NCBI RefSeq assembly: GCF_004010195.1 | Contig: NC_057750.1 | Coordinates: forward strand, 15,826,550-15,890,549 | Direction of reading: 5' to 3' | DNA length: 64,000 nucleotides | DNA from: Chiloscyllium plagiosum | Lineage: Eukaryota | In this document: positions 48,855-62,800 of the stretch, one piece after another | Numbering within the stretch: the stretch's first letter is position 1 | Layout: every line of letters starts with the position of its first letter | Program-made: the position numbers and the translations under genes | The notes under the pieces: generated by a model | Told to the model about the DNA's origin: nothing | Databases searched by the model: none | The model's input: the letters and a program-made list of their open reading frames with translations, nothing else

Positions 48855-49168
48855 TTCGTGGGTGGCACGGTGGCACAGTGGTTAGCACTGCTGCCTCACA
48901 GCGCCCGAGACCCGGGTTCAATTCCCGCCTCAGGCGACTGACTGTGTGGAGTTTGCACGTTCTCCCCGTGTCTGCGTGGGTTTCCTCCGGGTGCTCCGGT
49001 TTCCTCCCACAGTCCAAAGATGTGCAGGTCAGGTGAATTGGCCATGCTAAATTGCCCGTAGTGTTAGGTAAGGGATAAATGTAGGGGTATGGGTGGGTTG
49101 CGCTTCGGCGGGTCGGTGTGGACTTGAAGGGCCTGTTTCCACACTGTAAGTAATCTAAATCTAATCTA
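48855..49168 (+). mobile_element. Young HE1 / V-SINE, same subfamily as 36625-36961
   Basis: Near-consensus CpG-rich copy sharing the TTCGTGGG 5' leader and short 3' variant. Confidence 0.93.
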
Positions 49169-49981
49169 ACAGTGATTCTGGCTGCAATACCTGGTTTTCT
49201 CTGGTAACAATTCAATGATCCTGTGTGGGAAATTTTAGAATCAAAGCAACCCCTTAGTAAAATGTGATCAGTCAGTAGCTGCAGCAAATACAACTGACAG
49301 TTTACCATAGTACTCAATACAGTAGGACATGGAGGACTCAGACAAGGAGTGCAATGGATTGTCTCCACATGGGCCTTTCACACAGTACACCTTATTCAGG
49401 TGCACAAGCTATGTTGTACACATACAGTTGGAGATAGTAAATGGGGTAGGATCAATGACACCTTCTCTCCCCACAGTCACCCCTGTATGGCCCAAGAAAG
49501 GCAATATTGCATTTAATTGTAAAATATTTACAGTTCAGTGTGAGGAGAAAGAAGCTAAGGGTCCCTGTACAGACTACAATATCTTCGAATGTTTGTGAAT
49601 TGCTGTCTGCCAGAGGCAATTTATAGCTCACCTGAGATTACTTTGTTTCGAGGACAGGACTAGAATTAATTTGTGATGATTAATATCATGGGCTAGATTA
49701 CTTATGCCCAGGATTTGTATTCAATATAACTAGTCACTACATGAGGTATACATGTAAAATGCTGTGATTACACATCACGCACAATGCTCCTGCAACCAAA
49801 TAAAATCACTTACTCTACTCACCCAGGATGTTCTAGCAACTTTTTTTCATTCTCATTATGCACTTGTGATTTGGATGAGGATGAAGTCAACACAGCTAAT
49901 GCTCCAGAAAGTGAGTTGCAGGTTCTGCATGCTATTCTAAGTGCCCCCTGAAATGTTCCTTTCTACCGCTTCACATTCCAG

Positions 49982-50099
49982 GGGTAAAAACAGTGACTGC
50001 AGATGCTGGAAACCAGATTCTGGATTAGAGGTGCTGGAAAAGCACAGCAGTTCAGGCAGCATCTGAGGAGCAGTAAAATCGACGTTTCGGGCAAAACCC
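49982..50099 (-). mobile_element. PLE terminal mini-insertion truncated within hammerhead stem II
   Basis: 8-bp TSD CATTCCAG at 49974-49981 and 50100-50107; related to the 6216-6310 copy. Confidence 0.8.
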
Positions 50100-52574
50100 C
50101 ATTCCAGTCCAACCCTTTTGTTTAATGCTTGACTTCTCCATTTTATGCCGAGCCCCAGGCCCGCAGGATAGTAGCACTTAATAAGGTGATGCAATGTCTC
50201 TCCGTCAAACCCAGGGCAAATGACCCCAAGACGCCTGGAGTACTCCCACATTATATCATCTACTTATGTATTGAGTTGTCAGTCTTCACAGCAATTGCCT
50301 CCTCTGCATTCCAACATGCTGTATCCTATCTCCACATTTGACTGAACCAACATTGCCACCATAGCAGTGGCTCCTGATAATACTCTCTTGAGTTTCAGTG
50401 CATAGATTCCCAAGATTGATTGTGGCCCACTCCCTTGATAGGATTAAGGTTAGATGTACCAGAAGCCTGACTGATCTCTATTGAACTCCTTGACTAACTA
50501 CCAATTATCTTAGATTAATTGGACTTGACCTGCAGGCCTGAACATAGTCCATTCCACGAACTCTAACAACACAAATCCCAGACCCTGCCTGACCGTAGTC
50601 CCACTTGACTGGACAAAGGACTACTCCCTCAGATTTTCAGACATGGCAATATGGTTGAAATCAAGCAGTGTGCTTGCTACATAAGCTGCTGCCACATGCT
50701 GTAGATGTGGCACTGCTATAGTATGTTGGCATAGCAACATGTCCATCCCTTCAGCTGGCAAACCTGACAAGCTGCCTGACTTTCTGCCTGTCCTAAAAGG
50801 TAAGACAAGACAGAATTACTGTGATCTTGTGATCTCTGAATGGAGTGGCAAGTAGCAAAAAGCAAGGCAACACAGGGATGCTGTGAACATTCAACTAAGT
50901 ACAAAATGAGTGAACGGTAAGAAGCAAGCTAAGAGTCCTGATCTGATCGAGTAGATGGGTAATTTTCTCTGAATACAAAGCTGTCTAAAAGCAGTATTTC
51001 AAGGAAAGGTTTCGGTAACATCCAAAGTGCAGTTTGAAAGTATTGACTCGTATTATAAGTGACTCTGAGATGTGTGATTATGATGTGGTGATGCTGGTGA
51101 AGATGTTGGCAAGCTGCAGCCACCAAGTAACTGTTCTGATTTTCATTTCAGGAATTAGCACCATCTAGTTTCTTACTGTTACCTGGGAAAATAGTGATCT
51201 GCATGTAAATAGGCAAGCTTATATAGTAATTAAATGTCAACAAATGTAAAAGGCCCTTGGCCTGCTCATGAGACGGAGTCTCCTTTGTCTGTCCAAAGCT
51301 TGTGGGGAAAATCAGATTTTATATCTTGATGTCTAGAATCTCATTTTTTTCATTCTTGTCATATATTTCTCACTGTCCCACCATTGCCCATAACATTTGT
51401 AACTGGGAAAATTCCACCTCGAGGCTGGATTTAGAAACTGGAGCAAGAACAAAGAGAGGGAATATTTAACTCAAGAACGATCTTCAAGACATACTTCCCC
51501 TGTAACAGTATGTGATGTATTACACCAAATGGACTGCGGTGATTCAAGAGGGCAACTCATAACTTTCTTAAGCACAACTAGGGACAGGCAATAAATGCAT
51601 GCTCACATTTTGTGAGTGAATAGAATAGTTCAATTGTGTTTATCATTAAATGTTTTAGACATAATACTGAAATATAACATTGATAGTAAAGATGGGAGAT
51701 ATATCCACAGCCTATAATGGGAACAATTAGCAACAATCTGGCTAGCAGAGGGACAATAAGACATTCCAAGTGAAGACAGGTGTGCGACATGGCTGTGTAT
51801 TATTCAGTTTATACACAGAACAAATATTCAGAAAATTAGATATAATTCAAGGATAAAAATTGGAGCTGAGAACACAAATATGTAGTATGTTGATGACGCC
51901 TGCAGATTCAGAAGGCACTCTACAAAATATTGAAAATCAAATAAACTCTCAGTTTAGAATATGAATTGAACACAAACACCAAAAATACAAAAACTATGTT
52001 AGTCAGAAGGAATGGAAGAAACTAGTGTGATATTGCCGGGCCTACTGAGTATTTCCAGTATTTTGTTTCATTTTGCCTTTGCAATCATCACTACACTCAG
52101 TTTTTTGTCTTCCTCCTCAATTGTTATATACACGCTGGTGGTGCCCCATTAATCCAGAGGAATTCATGCTGCTCTAATGTAACCTATTGTAATTGGCTTG
52201 CATTAATTTTGAAGGAGGCTTGATAGCAGATTACTAATTATATTCTGGCTGTTCAAAGGGGCGCTTGACTGAATATTGATGAGTATGGCACTTTAGTGGA
52301 AATTGTTTGTTGACATTCTTGCTTTTAGTTAACTTAGGTTCAGTGGTGTCATCACTGTAACTTTGGATATTATCATGTTGTGTTACATCTCACAGCTAGT
52401 GGGCAATATGCCTTTAAAAGTCATGCCCATTATAACATCACCATATGACTTAATAAAAGTCCCCAGTCTCCACATTACTGGGACCACTTGCAGCACGATA
52501 TGTTGAGAGAAGCATTCTGTGGTTTGTGACTAATTTGTTGAGTATTAGACTGGACATGGCAGTCTCTGTAATCA

Positions 52575-52828
52575 GGAGAAAGTGAGGACTGCAGATGCTG
52601 GAGATCAGAGTCGAGAGTGTGGTACTGGAAAAGCACAGCAGGTCAGTCAGCATCCGAGGAGCAGAAGAATTGACATTTCGACCATAAGCCCTTCATCAGG
52701 AAGGGCTTATGAAGGAGCAGTGGTCTGAAAGTTAGTGCATCCCATTAAACCTGTTGGACTATAACCTGGTGTTGTGTGATTTTTAACTTTGTATACCCCA
52801 GTCCAACACTGGCATCTCCAAATCATGA
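52575..52828. mobile_element. Back-to-back composite of PLE family A (-, 52575-52702) and family B (+, about 52709-52828) termini
   Basis: Both full tails point outward; the junction lies at the hammerhead motifs. Confidence 0.85.
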
Positions 52829-53892
52829 TTGAGATATCAGAACCTTAATAAATGTCGACTGAACCTTTCTACACTATACACGATATGGCCCATGTCTAGT
52901 TTTCATGTCACAGTAGCTAAAATATGTATTACTTCAGAAGACATAAATATCTTGAAGGTAAAAGTTCATGACTGCATCCATAGCAGATAATGAAGACACA
53001 ACAGATTAGGGTTAATAATGTGGCTATTTATAAAGAAATGGCTCCAAGTTATTAGATTATGGTGGCAGCAGTGGGATCTGGATATTGTTGTCACTATGAC
53101 ATGTGACTTAATAATGAAAAGATTTATTACTTACCAGCTGTGAGACATAAAACATCAAATCTAATTAAGGTTAAATGGCAAATAAACCATGGAGCTTTTC
53201 TTAAAGAGCTTAAAATAATTGTACATTTAAGTTTAAAATTATCATGAGTAACAATTAAATAAGTATGAGTGATAGAGATGTAGACATATACTATATTCCT
53301 TCCATCACTGATGGACACTGGTAGCAATGCGTTCCATCAGTTACAAAAATATTTCACATTTAATATTTCTTGGAGGACTTAGATTTTGAAGCATTGTGGA
53401 AAATGGATATATTTCGAATGCAGAAATACCTGGAGTGGTCTCTTCAAAAGTATTAATTGGAAGGTCTCTGTGGATATTGGAGATAATTTTTAAACAAGGC
53501 TTTCTAGAAATTGCATGACCGGTGATACTGCTTGCTTTGTTGTGTCCTCTGCCGGAGCTGTTTGAACAGTGACTGGTCTTCAATTGAAATTAAGAGTTTG
53601 AGAGGCAGGGTTATCCAGTCGATCACTCAAATTTCTGAAAAAAAGAAAATCCTTTTGAGTTCAGCTTGTAGATTATTGTTCTTCTGAATGAGTGATTCAA
53701 GGAACATCTTAGTATTGTATTTCCTGACCAAGTTGTGTCTGCAAAGACCCGAGAGACAACCACATATGATTAGTGCCTTGACGGCACATGCCAGGATATC
53801 ACATATTTTGAAATGTCCTACACTTTATCCTCCAAGAACAATCCATTTGCCTAAAATGTTTTTTAAAATGACAATCTCTGCAGAATTTGTAG

Positions 53893-54225
53893 ACGCGGGT
53901 GTTGGATTAGGGTGTACAAAGTTAAAAATCACACAACACCAGGTTGTAGTCCAGCAGGTTTAATTGAAAGCACTAGCTTTCGGAGCGCTGCTCTTTCATC
54001 ATGTGGTTGTGGAGAATAAGATTGTAAGACACAGAAATTTATAGCAAAAGTTTACAGTGTGATGTAACTGAAATTATATACTGAAAAAGACCAGGATTGT
54101 TTGTTAAGTCTCTCATCTTTTAGAATGACCATGTTGGTTTCAGCTCTTTCATATGTAAATTGCAAAACTTTTTTAAAAAGTTACATTCTCAAGTGAACTT
54201 TAACAATTGGTGTTTACAATAATTG
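53893..54225 (-). mobile_element. PLE family B 3' end
   Basis: Homologous to 39006-39340; degenerate hammerhead at about 53971-54005. Confidence 0.85.
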
Positions 54226-54430
54226 GTAGGGGACAGGGTTGGGGGCGAGGGGGGTGGGGGCGGACAGGGGTGGGTTTTCGCACACAGTGTGCTTTTGCCT
54301 TGTGTCCCGAGCGGGGAGCAGACTTCACAGAAAAGACCGAGCCCCAGAGGAAATCAATTAACCGAATGATCAATTATCCGAACAAAATAGTGCCCGCCCA
54401 TCTCGTTCGGATAATTGAGGTTTCTCTGTA
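54226..54430. mobile_element. Right part of a pogo/Tigger-like non-autonomous DNA transposon
   Basis: Ends ttcggataattgaggtttctctg+TA; subterminal inverted motifs aattatccgaac/gttcggataatt; left TIR not found. Confidence 0.55.
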
Positions 54431-55132
54431 TTCCCCTTTTTTTTCTGATTATATTGATATGTCAGTCACTTGCTTTGAATTTTGGTAAAAACATCTGGAT
54501 CATAAATTTGTTTGTTCTCTCCACATACCCTGACCCATGGGTCACATGCTTCCCCTTTCTCATCTTCTCCCCTCCTGAAGGCACAACATTGTCAAACTGA
54601 TAGCAAAGTGCTCTAATCAGCTAAAAGCAGATTAATTCCTGAATTACACAACAAACCAAAATCACTTTTCCTCCATACAAATCCTGCTGTGCAGCTGTTA
54701 GATACATTTCCAATTTCATCATGCGTTGAAATCATGTTTGGTAATATTACTAACGGACGCATTAAAATTCATAAGATTCTGACTGTCATTTAACAGAAGC
54801 ATTAAGGTATGGATATTATAACAGTGTAGAAAATAATGTAATTTGAACTCAACAAATCTACTATAAATAACATTCAATATGATTTAAAGTCCCTCAAATT
54901 AAGAGAGTAATATTCAATTATAAGGTTCAGAAGTTCGTATTACCTTCATGTAAGCACAGGTCTCCAATCTTCTTCAACATCAAGCTTAGGCTTGCCAACT
55001 TCATCACCCCGGTGTGTGCTGACCCATAAATGTTTCTGATCATGAAATAGCCTCACCCATTTCAATTTATTTTAACATCCTCTAGATGTACAAATCCCTG
55101 AGCATTCTGCGTTCCTCAAATTCTAGCATCTT

Positions 55133-57150
55133 GATTTGATTTATTGTCACGTGTACCTAAGTACAGTGAAAAGCTTTGTTTGTGAGCTTTACAGGCAGAT
55201 CATAGTAAGCAAGGACATGCAGATCATAGAGTGAAAAAACTTGGGACAGAGTGAGGCTTACAGTTTACACTGCATAGGACATGCATGAAGCAAGATCAAC
55301 ATTGATAAGATCAACATTATTTGAAGTTTAGAGAATCCATTCATCATTCCAATAACAGTAGGGAAAAGCTGCTTTTGAACATATTGGTGCATGAGTTAAA
55401 GCTTCTGTATCTTCTGCCTGATGGAAGAAGTTGTAGGAAAGTATTAGTGGAATGGAATGGGTCTTTGATGATGTTGGCAGCCTTTCCATGGCAATGAGAG
55501 ATGTAAATGAAGTCCATGGATGGAAGGTTGGCTTCCGTGATGGTCTGGGTTATGCACACAACCTTCGGTAGTTTCTTATGGCCCTGGAACAGCAGATGCT
55601 GTACCAGGCCATTATACACCTGGATAGTATGCTTTCTATGGTGCATCTGTAGAAGTTAGTGAGGGTCCTTTTAGACATACCCAATTTACTAAGCCACCTG
55701 AGGAAGAAGAGGCATTGTTGTGCTTTCTTGACCATCGCATCTACATGGCAAGTCCAGGACAGGTTGTCAGTTATCGTCATTCCTAGGAACTTGACATTCT
55801 CAAACCTCTCAACCTCCACTCCATTGATATAAATGGGGGCATATTCTCCTTTCTTTCTGAAGTCAATGATCAGTTCTTTTGCTTTGGTGACATTCAGAGA
55901 GAGGTTGCACCACCCCACCAAGTTCTCTATCTCCTTTCTGTATTCTGACTCATCGTTGTCTAAAATCCATCCTACCATTATAGTGTCGTCAGCAAACCTG
56001 GAAATGGCGTTTGCTTGGAATTCGGCTACAAAGTTGTGGGAGTACAGTAGGGGGCTGAGAATGCATCCTTGTTGGGGCTCTTGTTTTGAGGGTTATTGTG
56101 GAGGAGATACAGTTGTCTATGTTCATTGATTGTGGTCTATGGGTCAGGAAGCTGAGGATCCAGTTGCAGAGGGCAGAGCCGAGACCTAGTCTCGGAGTTT
56201 TGAGATTAATCCGGAGGGTTAATGGTTTTGAAAGCGGAGCTGTAGTTGATGAGCAGGATCCTGACGTAGGCGTCCTTGTTGTCCAGATGTTCCAAGGATC
56301 AGTGTAAGGCTCAGGACATGGCATCCGCTATGGACCTGTTGCATCGGTAGACAAATTGCAGGGATCACGGCAGGCTGGGAATCTAGAGTTGATGTGGGCC
56401 ATGACCAGCATCTCAAAGCACTTCACCTTTGTGAAGGTCAGTGCCACTAGGTGATAGTTATTAAGGCACATTACATACGCTTTCTTAGGTACTGGGATGA
56501 TGGTGGTTGTCTTAAAGCAGGTGGGGATTACAGCTTGTGGGAGGGAGAGGTTGAAGATGGCAGTGAATACCTCCATCAGCTGGTCTGCACAGGATCTAAA
56601 TGCACAGCTGGGGACCATCAAGGCCCGTCGCTTTTCTTGGGTTGATTCTCAGGAACACCAATCTGACGTCTGCAGTGGTGATGGTGAGAACAGGTGCGTC
56701 TGGGGTGGTCAGGTCAGGTGACACTGCGCCACTGGCATTCTGCTCGAACCGAGCATAGAAAACACTGGGTGCATCAGAGAAGGATGTGTCTTTGTCTGCT
56801 ATCTTGCTCTGCTTCATTTAGTACCCTATTATGTTCTTTAGGCTTTGCCACAAGTGGTGGGTGTCCGTATGGTTGGTTTGGGCCTCTAACTTGGTCCGGA
56901 CTGCCTCTTGGCATCCCTGATGGCTTTTTTAGGAGATTATATCTGGACTTTCTATATAGGTCTGGATTGTCTGACTTGAATGCTGGTCTTCAGTAGGCAG
57001 TGGATTTCTCGGTTCATCCAAGGTTTCCGGTTGGTGAACACCCAGATTAACTTCTTTGGCATGCAGGCCTCCATACATTTATGAATAAAGTCTGTGACGA
57101 TGTTGGCATACTCGTTAGGTTTTCCGCTGAATACTTGAATACGGTCCAGT
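55133..57150 (-). mobile_element. Rex1/Babar-clade LINE, 5'-truncated and frameshifted
   Basis: IFNLSL...IPTCFK.TTIIPVPKK; FADDT; NLSLNVTKAKELIIDFRK; KFLGMTITDNLSW; KKAQQCLFFLR; FYRCTIESIL; tail aataaatcaaatcaa. Confidence 0.88.
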
Positions 57151-57429
57151 CCACTGACTCCAAGCAGTTCTGAAGATGCTCTTCTGCTGCCTCGGACCAG
57201 CACTGTATTTCTTTCTGTGAAGGACCCTTCCATTTCAGCTTCTGCTTGTAAAGGAGGAAGAAGTGTTGTAATTTGCACCTCCCTGATTTTCACTTCTTTA
57301 CCATTAATATGTAAGCCTTCAGCTGCAAGATCCTAAGCTCTGTAATACCTCTCCCTAAATCTCTCTATCTCTTTCCTCCTTTAAGAGGATCCTTAGAAAT
57401 TACCTCTTTGACCAAGCTTTTGTCTGTCC

Positions 57430-58845
57430 TAACATGGCTCAAAAAAAGGGATCCACTGCAGGCAGAGTCAAGATAACATTTGATGGGGAATAAGGAAATG
57501 GCACAGAAACCAAACAAATACTTTGTGTTTGCTTTGACATATGAAAATATTGAAAATACTTTTGTCCAGAAATAATGGAGAATCTAGGGACTAATATAAA
57601 TGAGGAACTGCAAGATATTAATATTCGTAAAGATAAACTCGAGAGAAATCCCCTCGACCTAGATCTCAGAGTGCTGAAAGAGGTGTCTGTAGAAATAGTA
57701 GGTGCATTGGTTATCATCTTGCAAAATTTTACATGCCCAGGAATAGTTCCTGTGAATATAACCCAAGAATTTAAAAAATGAGAGAGAAGGAAAAGGGGGA
57801 ACTACAAATCTGTTAATTGATATCAGAGGGAAAATGCTAGAATCTATAAATAAATAATGTGATAAGGGGACACTGAGAATGTGATGGTAGTATTAGCAAG
57901 AGTCAACATGGATTTGTGAAAGGAATATCATTTCCAAACAGATCAGTCAGGGGATTTTTTTGGAAATATAACTGGCAAAATAGATAAGGGAAAACTGGTT
58001 GAAGTGGTATATTTAGCTTTACAGAAAGCTTTTGATAAGGCACCAGATAAGAGATTAGTAAACAAAATTAGAGCACATGGGACTCAGGGATTATACTAGC
58101 ATTGATTGACAACCTGTTAACAGACAGAAAATAGATGATAGAATTAGAGTTAGGTTTCTTGTCATGTGTACTCAAGCGCAGGGATATGTGAGTACTGCAA
58201 CATACAAAAGTATACAAGAGTCGCTATTTCTGGTGCCATCCTAGGTATAGATACCGAAGCACAAAATTTTAGGTTTAAATTAGAAAAATAAACAAATAAA
58301 GGTAAAAGTTCAGCATTGAGTCCTTCTAAAACAGGGAGGCCACACTGGGCTTCACTTCAAGGCTGCGAGTGCACACTGGTCTTCCTCAATGAGGCCAGGA
58401 GCCTGTGTTGGGCTTCCTCGAGACCAGGAGTCCATGCTGGGCTTCTTCAAGGAGGCCTGGAGTCCACATTGAGATTCCTCAAGGCTGGAAGTCTGTGTTG
58501 AGCTTCCAGGAGCCTGGGAGTGACCCGTGTCAATCCCCACTGGGTTTCCTTAAGGTCGGGAGCCCCATGTGTCTGGGCTGGCTCAACTCTCCACCACCGA
58601 TGCCATCTGAGGAAATGAAGGTAAGTAGAGAGAAAAGAAGAAACCGAAAGAAACAAAAACACAAAAAGAGAAAAAGAAGGAAAGGACACGATCCAGCTTA
58701 GGATCCATATTTCACCGCCATCTTGTCCATGCAATAGAAATAAATGGGTCATTTTCAGATTGGCAGGCTGTACCTAGGGATGTGCCACAAGGATCAGTGC
58801 TTGGGTGCCATCTATTCACAATCTATAATCAATTATTTGGGATTA
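57430..58845 (+). mobile_element. CR1 RT fragment, interrupted at about 58140-58735 by an unclassified insertion
   Basis: LRVLKEV..EIV.AL.II; SQHGFVKG; FQKAFDK-like; GVPQGSVLG-like after the interruption. Confidence 0.7.
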
Positions 58846-60148
58846 GGAATTTTTTTTATTCTCTTGTGTTACTGGCTGGCCAGTATTTATTGCCCATCCT
58901 TACTAGCCCTTGAGAATGTGGTGATGGTGAGCTGCCTTCTTGAACCGCTGCAGACTATGTCTGTTGGTAGACCCACCATGCTGTGAGAGAGGGTGTTCTA
59001 GGAGTTTGACCCAGTGACAGTGAAGGAATAGCAATAAACTTTCAAGTTAGGATAGTGAGTGGCATGGAGAACTTGGAGCAGATGGTTTCCTATTGATCTG
59101 CTGCCCTCGTCCTTCCAGATGAAAGTGGTTGTGGTTCAGTAGGTGCTACCTAAGGATTCTGCAGATAGTACACACTGCTGGTACTGAGCGTTGGTGGTGG
59201 AGGGAATAGATGCTTGTGGATATGGTGCCAATCAAGCAGGCTGCTTTGTTCTGGATGATATTAGCTTTGAGTATTGTTGGAGCTGCACTCATCTACACAC
59301 TCCTGGTATTAGTGCCTTGTAGATGGTAGACAGGATTTGGGAAGTAAGGAGGTGAGTTACTCAATGCAGTATTCCTAGCCTTTGACCAGCTCTTGTAGCC
59401 AGTGCATTTATATAGCGAATTCAGATGAGTTTCTGGTGGTAAACCCCACGAAGCTGATAGTGGGGGATTCAGAATTAAATGTCAAGAGGTCGGGGTTGGA
59501 ATGTATTCTATGTCTCTCCAATAAGAGACATAGATACATAGAGCAGTACAGCACAAGAATAAGCCCTTCAGCCTACCATGTCTGTGTAGACCATGATGCC
59601 ATTCTGAACTAATCCCAACTGCCTACACATGATCTGTACCCTCTCTATTCCCTGCCTGTTCATGTGTCTATCTAAGTGCCTCTTAAACTCTGCTAACATA
59701 TCTGCTTCTATCATCTCCTCAGGCAGTATGTTCCAAGCACCTGCCACTCTGCATAAAAACAAACTTTCCTTGCACATCTCCTTTAAACTTTTTCTCTTTC
59801 ACTTTAAACCTATAGCCCTTTATAGTTGACATTTCCACCTGGGAAAAAGATTCTGCCTACTCACCCACTTCATGCTTCTCATAATTTTATATACTTCTAT
59901 CAGGTCCCTTAGCCTCCGACACGCTCATGAAAAAAATCCACATTTATCAACCTCTCCTTATAGCTAATACACTCTGATTCAGGCAATATCCTGACAAACC
60001 TTTTTTGCATCCTCTCCAAAGCCTCCATATCCTTCCTATAGTGTAGTGACAAGAACTGCACACAATACCCTAAAAGTGGCCAATCTAAAGTTTTATGCAA
60101 CTGCAACATAACTTGCCTATTTTTATACTCAATGCCACAACTGATGAA

Positions 60149-60569
60149 GTTTAAAATCACACAACACCAGGTTATAGTCTAACAGGTTTACTTGGAAGTA
60201 CAAGCTTTTGGAGCACTGCTCCTTCCTCATGTAGCTAGTGTGGCAGGATCATAGGACACAGAATTTATAGTAAAAGATCAAAATGTCATATAACTGATGC
60301 AATGTATTGAATAAATTTGGATTGTCGTCAAATCTTTAATGACTTAGAATGGAGTTGCATGTTTTCATTAATTAATATGTAGATCCCAGAACTTCTTTGC
60401 AGTCACATTCCCAAGATAATTTAAGGTTTCATAAAAGAAGGTGACATCTCAGCTCAGGCAACGCATTAAAGGTGTGAGGTTAAAATCTGTATTCCAACTT
60501 TCAGTCAGACCAGTTTTATTTCCAAAGTAGGAATTTATAAAATGACACATGGACTGATTGCCTCCACGT
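60149..60569 (-). mobile_element. PLE family B 3' end lacking the terminal tail
   Basis: Family-B terminus; duplicated flank CACAACTGA at 60136-60144 and 60570-60578. Confidence 0.75.
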
Positions 60570-60780
60570 CACAACTGAAGGTAAGCATGCCGTATGCCAT
60601 CTTTATCACCTTATCCATTTGTGTTGCTACTTTCATGGAGCTATGGACTTGGATCCCTCTGTACATCAATGTTCCTAAGGACTCTGCCATTTAATGTACA
60701 CATTTCTCTTGTATTTGACCTCCCAAAATGCATCACCTCACACTTTTTTGTTCAGTACTATACCAATAGAAGTCATCTTA

Positions 60781-61086
60781 GGGCAGCACGGTGGCTCAGT
60801 GGTTAGTACTGCTGCCTCACAGCGCCAGGGACCCGGGTTCGATTCCTGCCTCAGGCGACTGTCTGTGTAGAGTTTGCATATTCTCCCCTTGTCTGTGTGG
60901 GTTTCCTCCCACAGTTCAAAGATGTTCAGGTCAGGTGAATTGCCATGATAAATTGCCCATGGTGTTAGGTGCATTAGTCAGGGGTAAATGTAGGGGAATG
61001 GGTCTGGGTGGGTTACTCTTCAGAGGGTCGGTGTGGACTTGTTGGGCCAAAGGGCCTGTTTCCATACTGTAGGGAATCTAACCTAA
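60781..61086 (+). mobile_element. HE1 / V-SINE
   Basis: Head, V-domain with deletion, tail. Confidence 0.9.
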
Positions 61087-62009
61087 CTTGTCCAGATTAA
61101 ACGCCACCTGCCATTCCTCTGCCCAACTTTCTAACTGACCTATATCCTCAGATAACCTTCCTCACTATCCACAACTCCATCAATTTTCTGCGTTGTCTGC
61201 AACTTACTAATGAGACCACCTATATTTTCATCTAAATCATTTATGTATTATAAACAACAGAAATTTCAGCGCCGATCCTAACGGAACACCACTGGTCACC
61301 AGAAAAACATCCCTCCACAACTACCATCTGTATTGTATGATCAAGTCAATTTTGTATCCAACTTGCCAACTCACCATGGATGCCTTATTATGAGGAAACT
61401 TGCTAATTACTTTCGTAAAGTCTATGTAGGCAACATCATCAATTCCTCAAAACCTCAATCACCTTTGAGAGACCAGATCTCCTCTGCATAAAGCTACGCG
61501 GACTGTCCCTAATAAGTCCATTCTTCTCCAAATGCTCCTGTTCCTAAGAATCTTCTCCAATAATTTCCCTACCATTAATATAAGGTTCACCGGCCGATAA
61601 TTTCCTGGATTATCCTTGGTCACCTTCTTAAACAAAGGAACCACACTGGCTATTCTCCAGTTTTCTGGGACCTCACCTTTGGCTAAAGAGGATACAAAGA
61701 TCTCTGTACATGCACCAGCAATCTCCTCCCTTGCCTCTTTCAGTATCCTGGGATAGATCCCATCAGGCCTTGGGAACTTACTGACCTAAATGTTTTTCAA
61801 AACACCCAACACCTCCTCCTTAAAATTGACATATCCTAGCGTATCAATATACCCTTCCCTAATCTTACAATCATCCATATGCCTGACATATTTATGGCAC
61901 GAGTGTTACTTGCCACTTGTCAGCCTAAGCCTGGATATTGTGCAGGTCTTGTTGCATTTGAACATGGACTGTTTCATTATCTAAGGAGGTGAGAATGTTG
62001 TGCAATCAT

Positions 62010-62800
62010 AAAACATAGAACAATACAGCGCAGAACAGGCCCTTTGGCCCTCGATGTTGCGCTGACCTGTGAACTATTCTCAGCTCATCCCCCTACACTA
62101 TCCCAAAATCATCCATGTGCTTATCTAAGGATTGTTTAAATCTCCCTAATGTGGCTGAGTTGACTACATTAGCAGGTAGGGCATTCCACGCCCTTACCAC
62201 TCTCTGCGTAAAGAACTTGCCTCTGACATCTGTCTTAAATCTGTCACCCCTTAATTTGTAGTTATGCCCCCTCATATATGCTGACGTCATCATCCTAGGA
62301 AAAAGACTTTTACTGTCTACCCTATCTAATCCTCTGATCATCTTGTATGTCTCTATCAAATCCCTCTTAACCTTCTTCTTGCCAATGAGAACAGGTTCAA
62401 GTCTCTCAGCCTTTCCTCATAAGACCTCTCCAGACCAGGCAACATCCTGGTAAATCTCCTCTGCACCCTTTACAATGCTTCCACATCCTTCCTGTAATGG
62501 GGCGACCAGAACTGTACACAATATTCCAACTCCATTTGCCACCTCTCAGCCCAATTCTGCAGTTTATCCACATCCCCCTGCAACCTGTAACATTCTTCCA
62601 CACTGTCCACTACTCCGCCGACTTTAGTGTTGTCTACAAATGTACTAATCCATCCGCCTATGCCTGCGTCTAAGTCATTTATAAAAATGACAAACAGCAG
62701 TGGTCCCAAAACAGATCCTTGTGGCACACCATTAGTAACCGGACTCCAGGCTGAATATTTTCCATCAACTACCACTCGCTGCCTTCTTTCAAAAAGCCAA
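62010..62800 (-). mobile_element. CR1 LINE RT/3' end with an internal deletion, nested in a CR1-like LINE (about 61890-62005 and 62800-63630)
   Basis: GVPQGSVLGPLLFVIFINDLD...WQME fused directly to LEYCVQFWSP; host fragment has PLAKLFQ...YHPISLLPII. Confidence 0.85.

Larger units (their letters stand above)
59525..61890 (-). mobile_element. CR1 LINE RT to 3' end, with nested PLE-B and HE1
   Basis: ORFs 61459-61644 (PLFKK...NPGNYRPV), 59909-60160 and 59568-59777. Confidence 0.85.

Noticed and set aside
48860..48930. tRNA-like A/B boxes (also at other SINE heads)
   Set aside because: They continue into the V-domain and a LINE-derived tail, so they are SINE heads, not tRNA genes.
54228..54330. 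GC-box-rich, CpG-containing stretch resembling a promoter
   Set aside because: It is contiguous with a Tigger-like terminal repeat and abuts a PLE, so it is better explained as transposon interior.
58316..58701. Degenerate short tandem units and a Lys/Arg-rich ORF
   Set aside because: Low-complexity sequence inside an insertion in a CR1; no identical repeat-spacer structure (not CRISPR) and no coding evidence.
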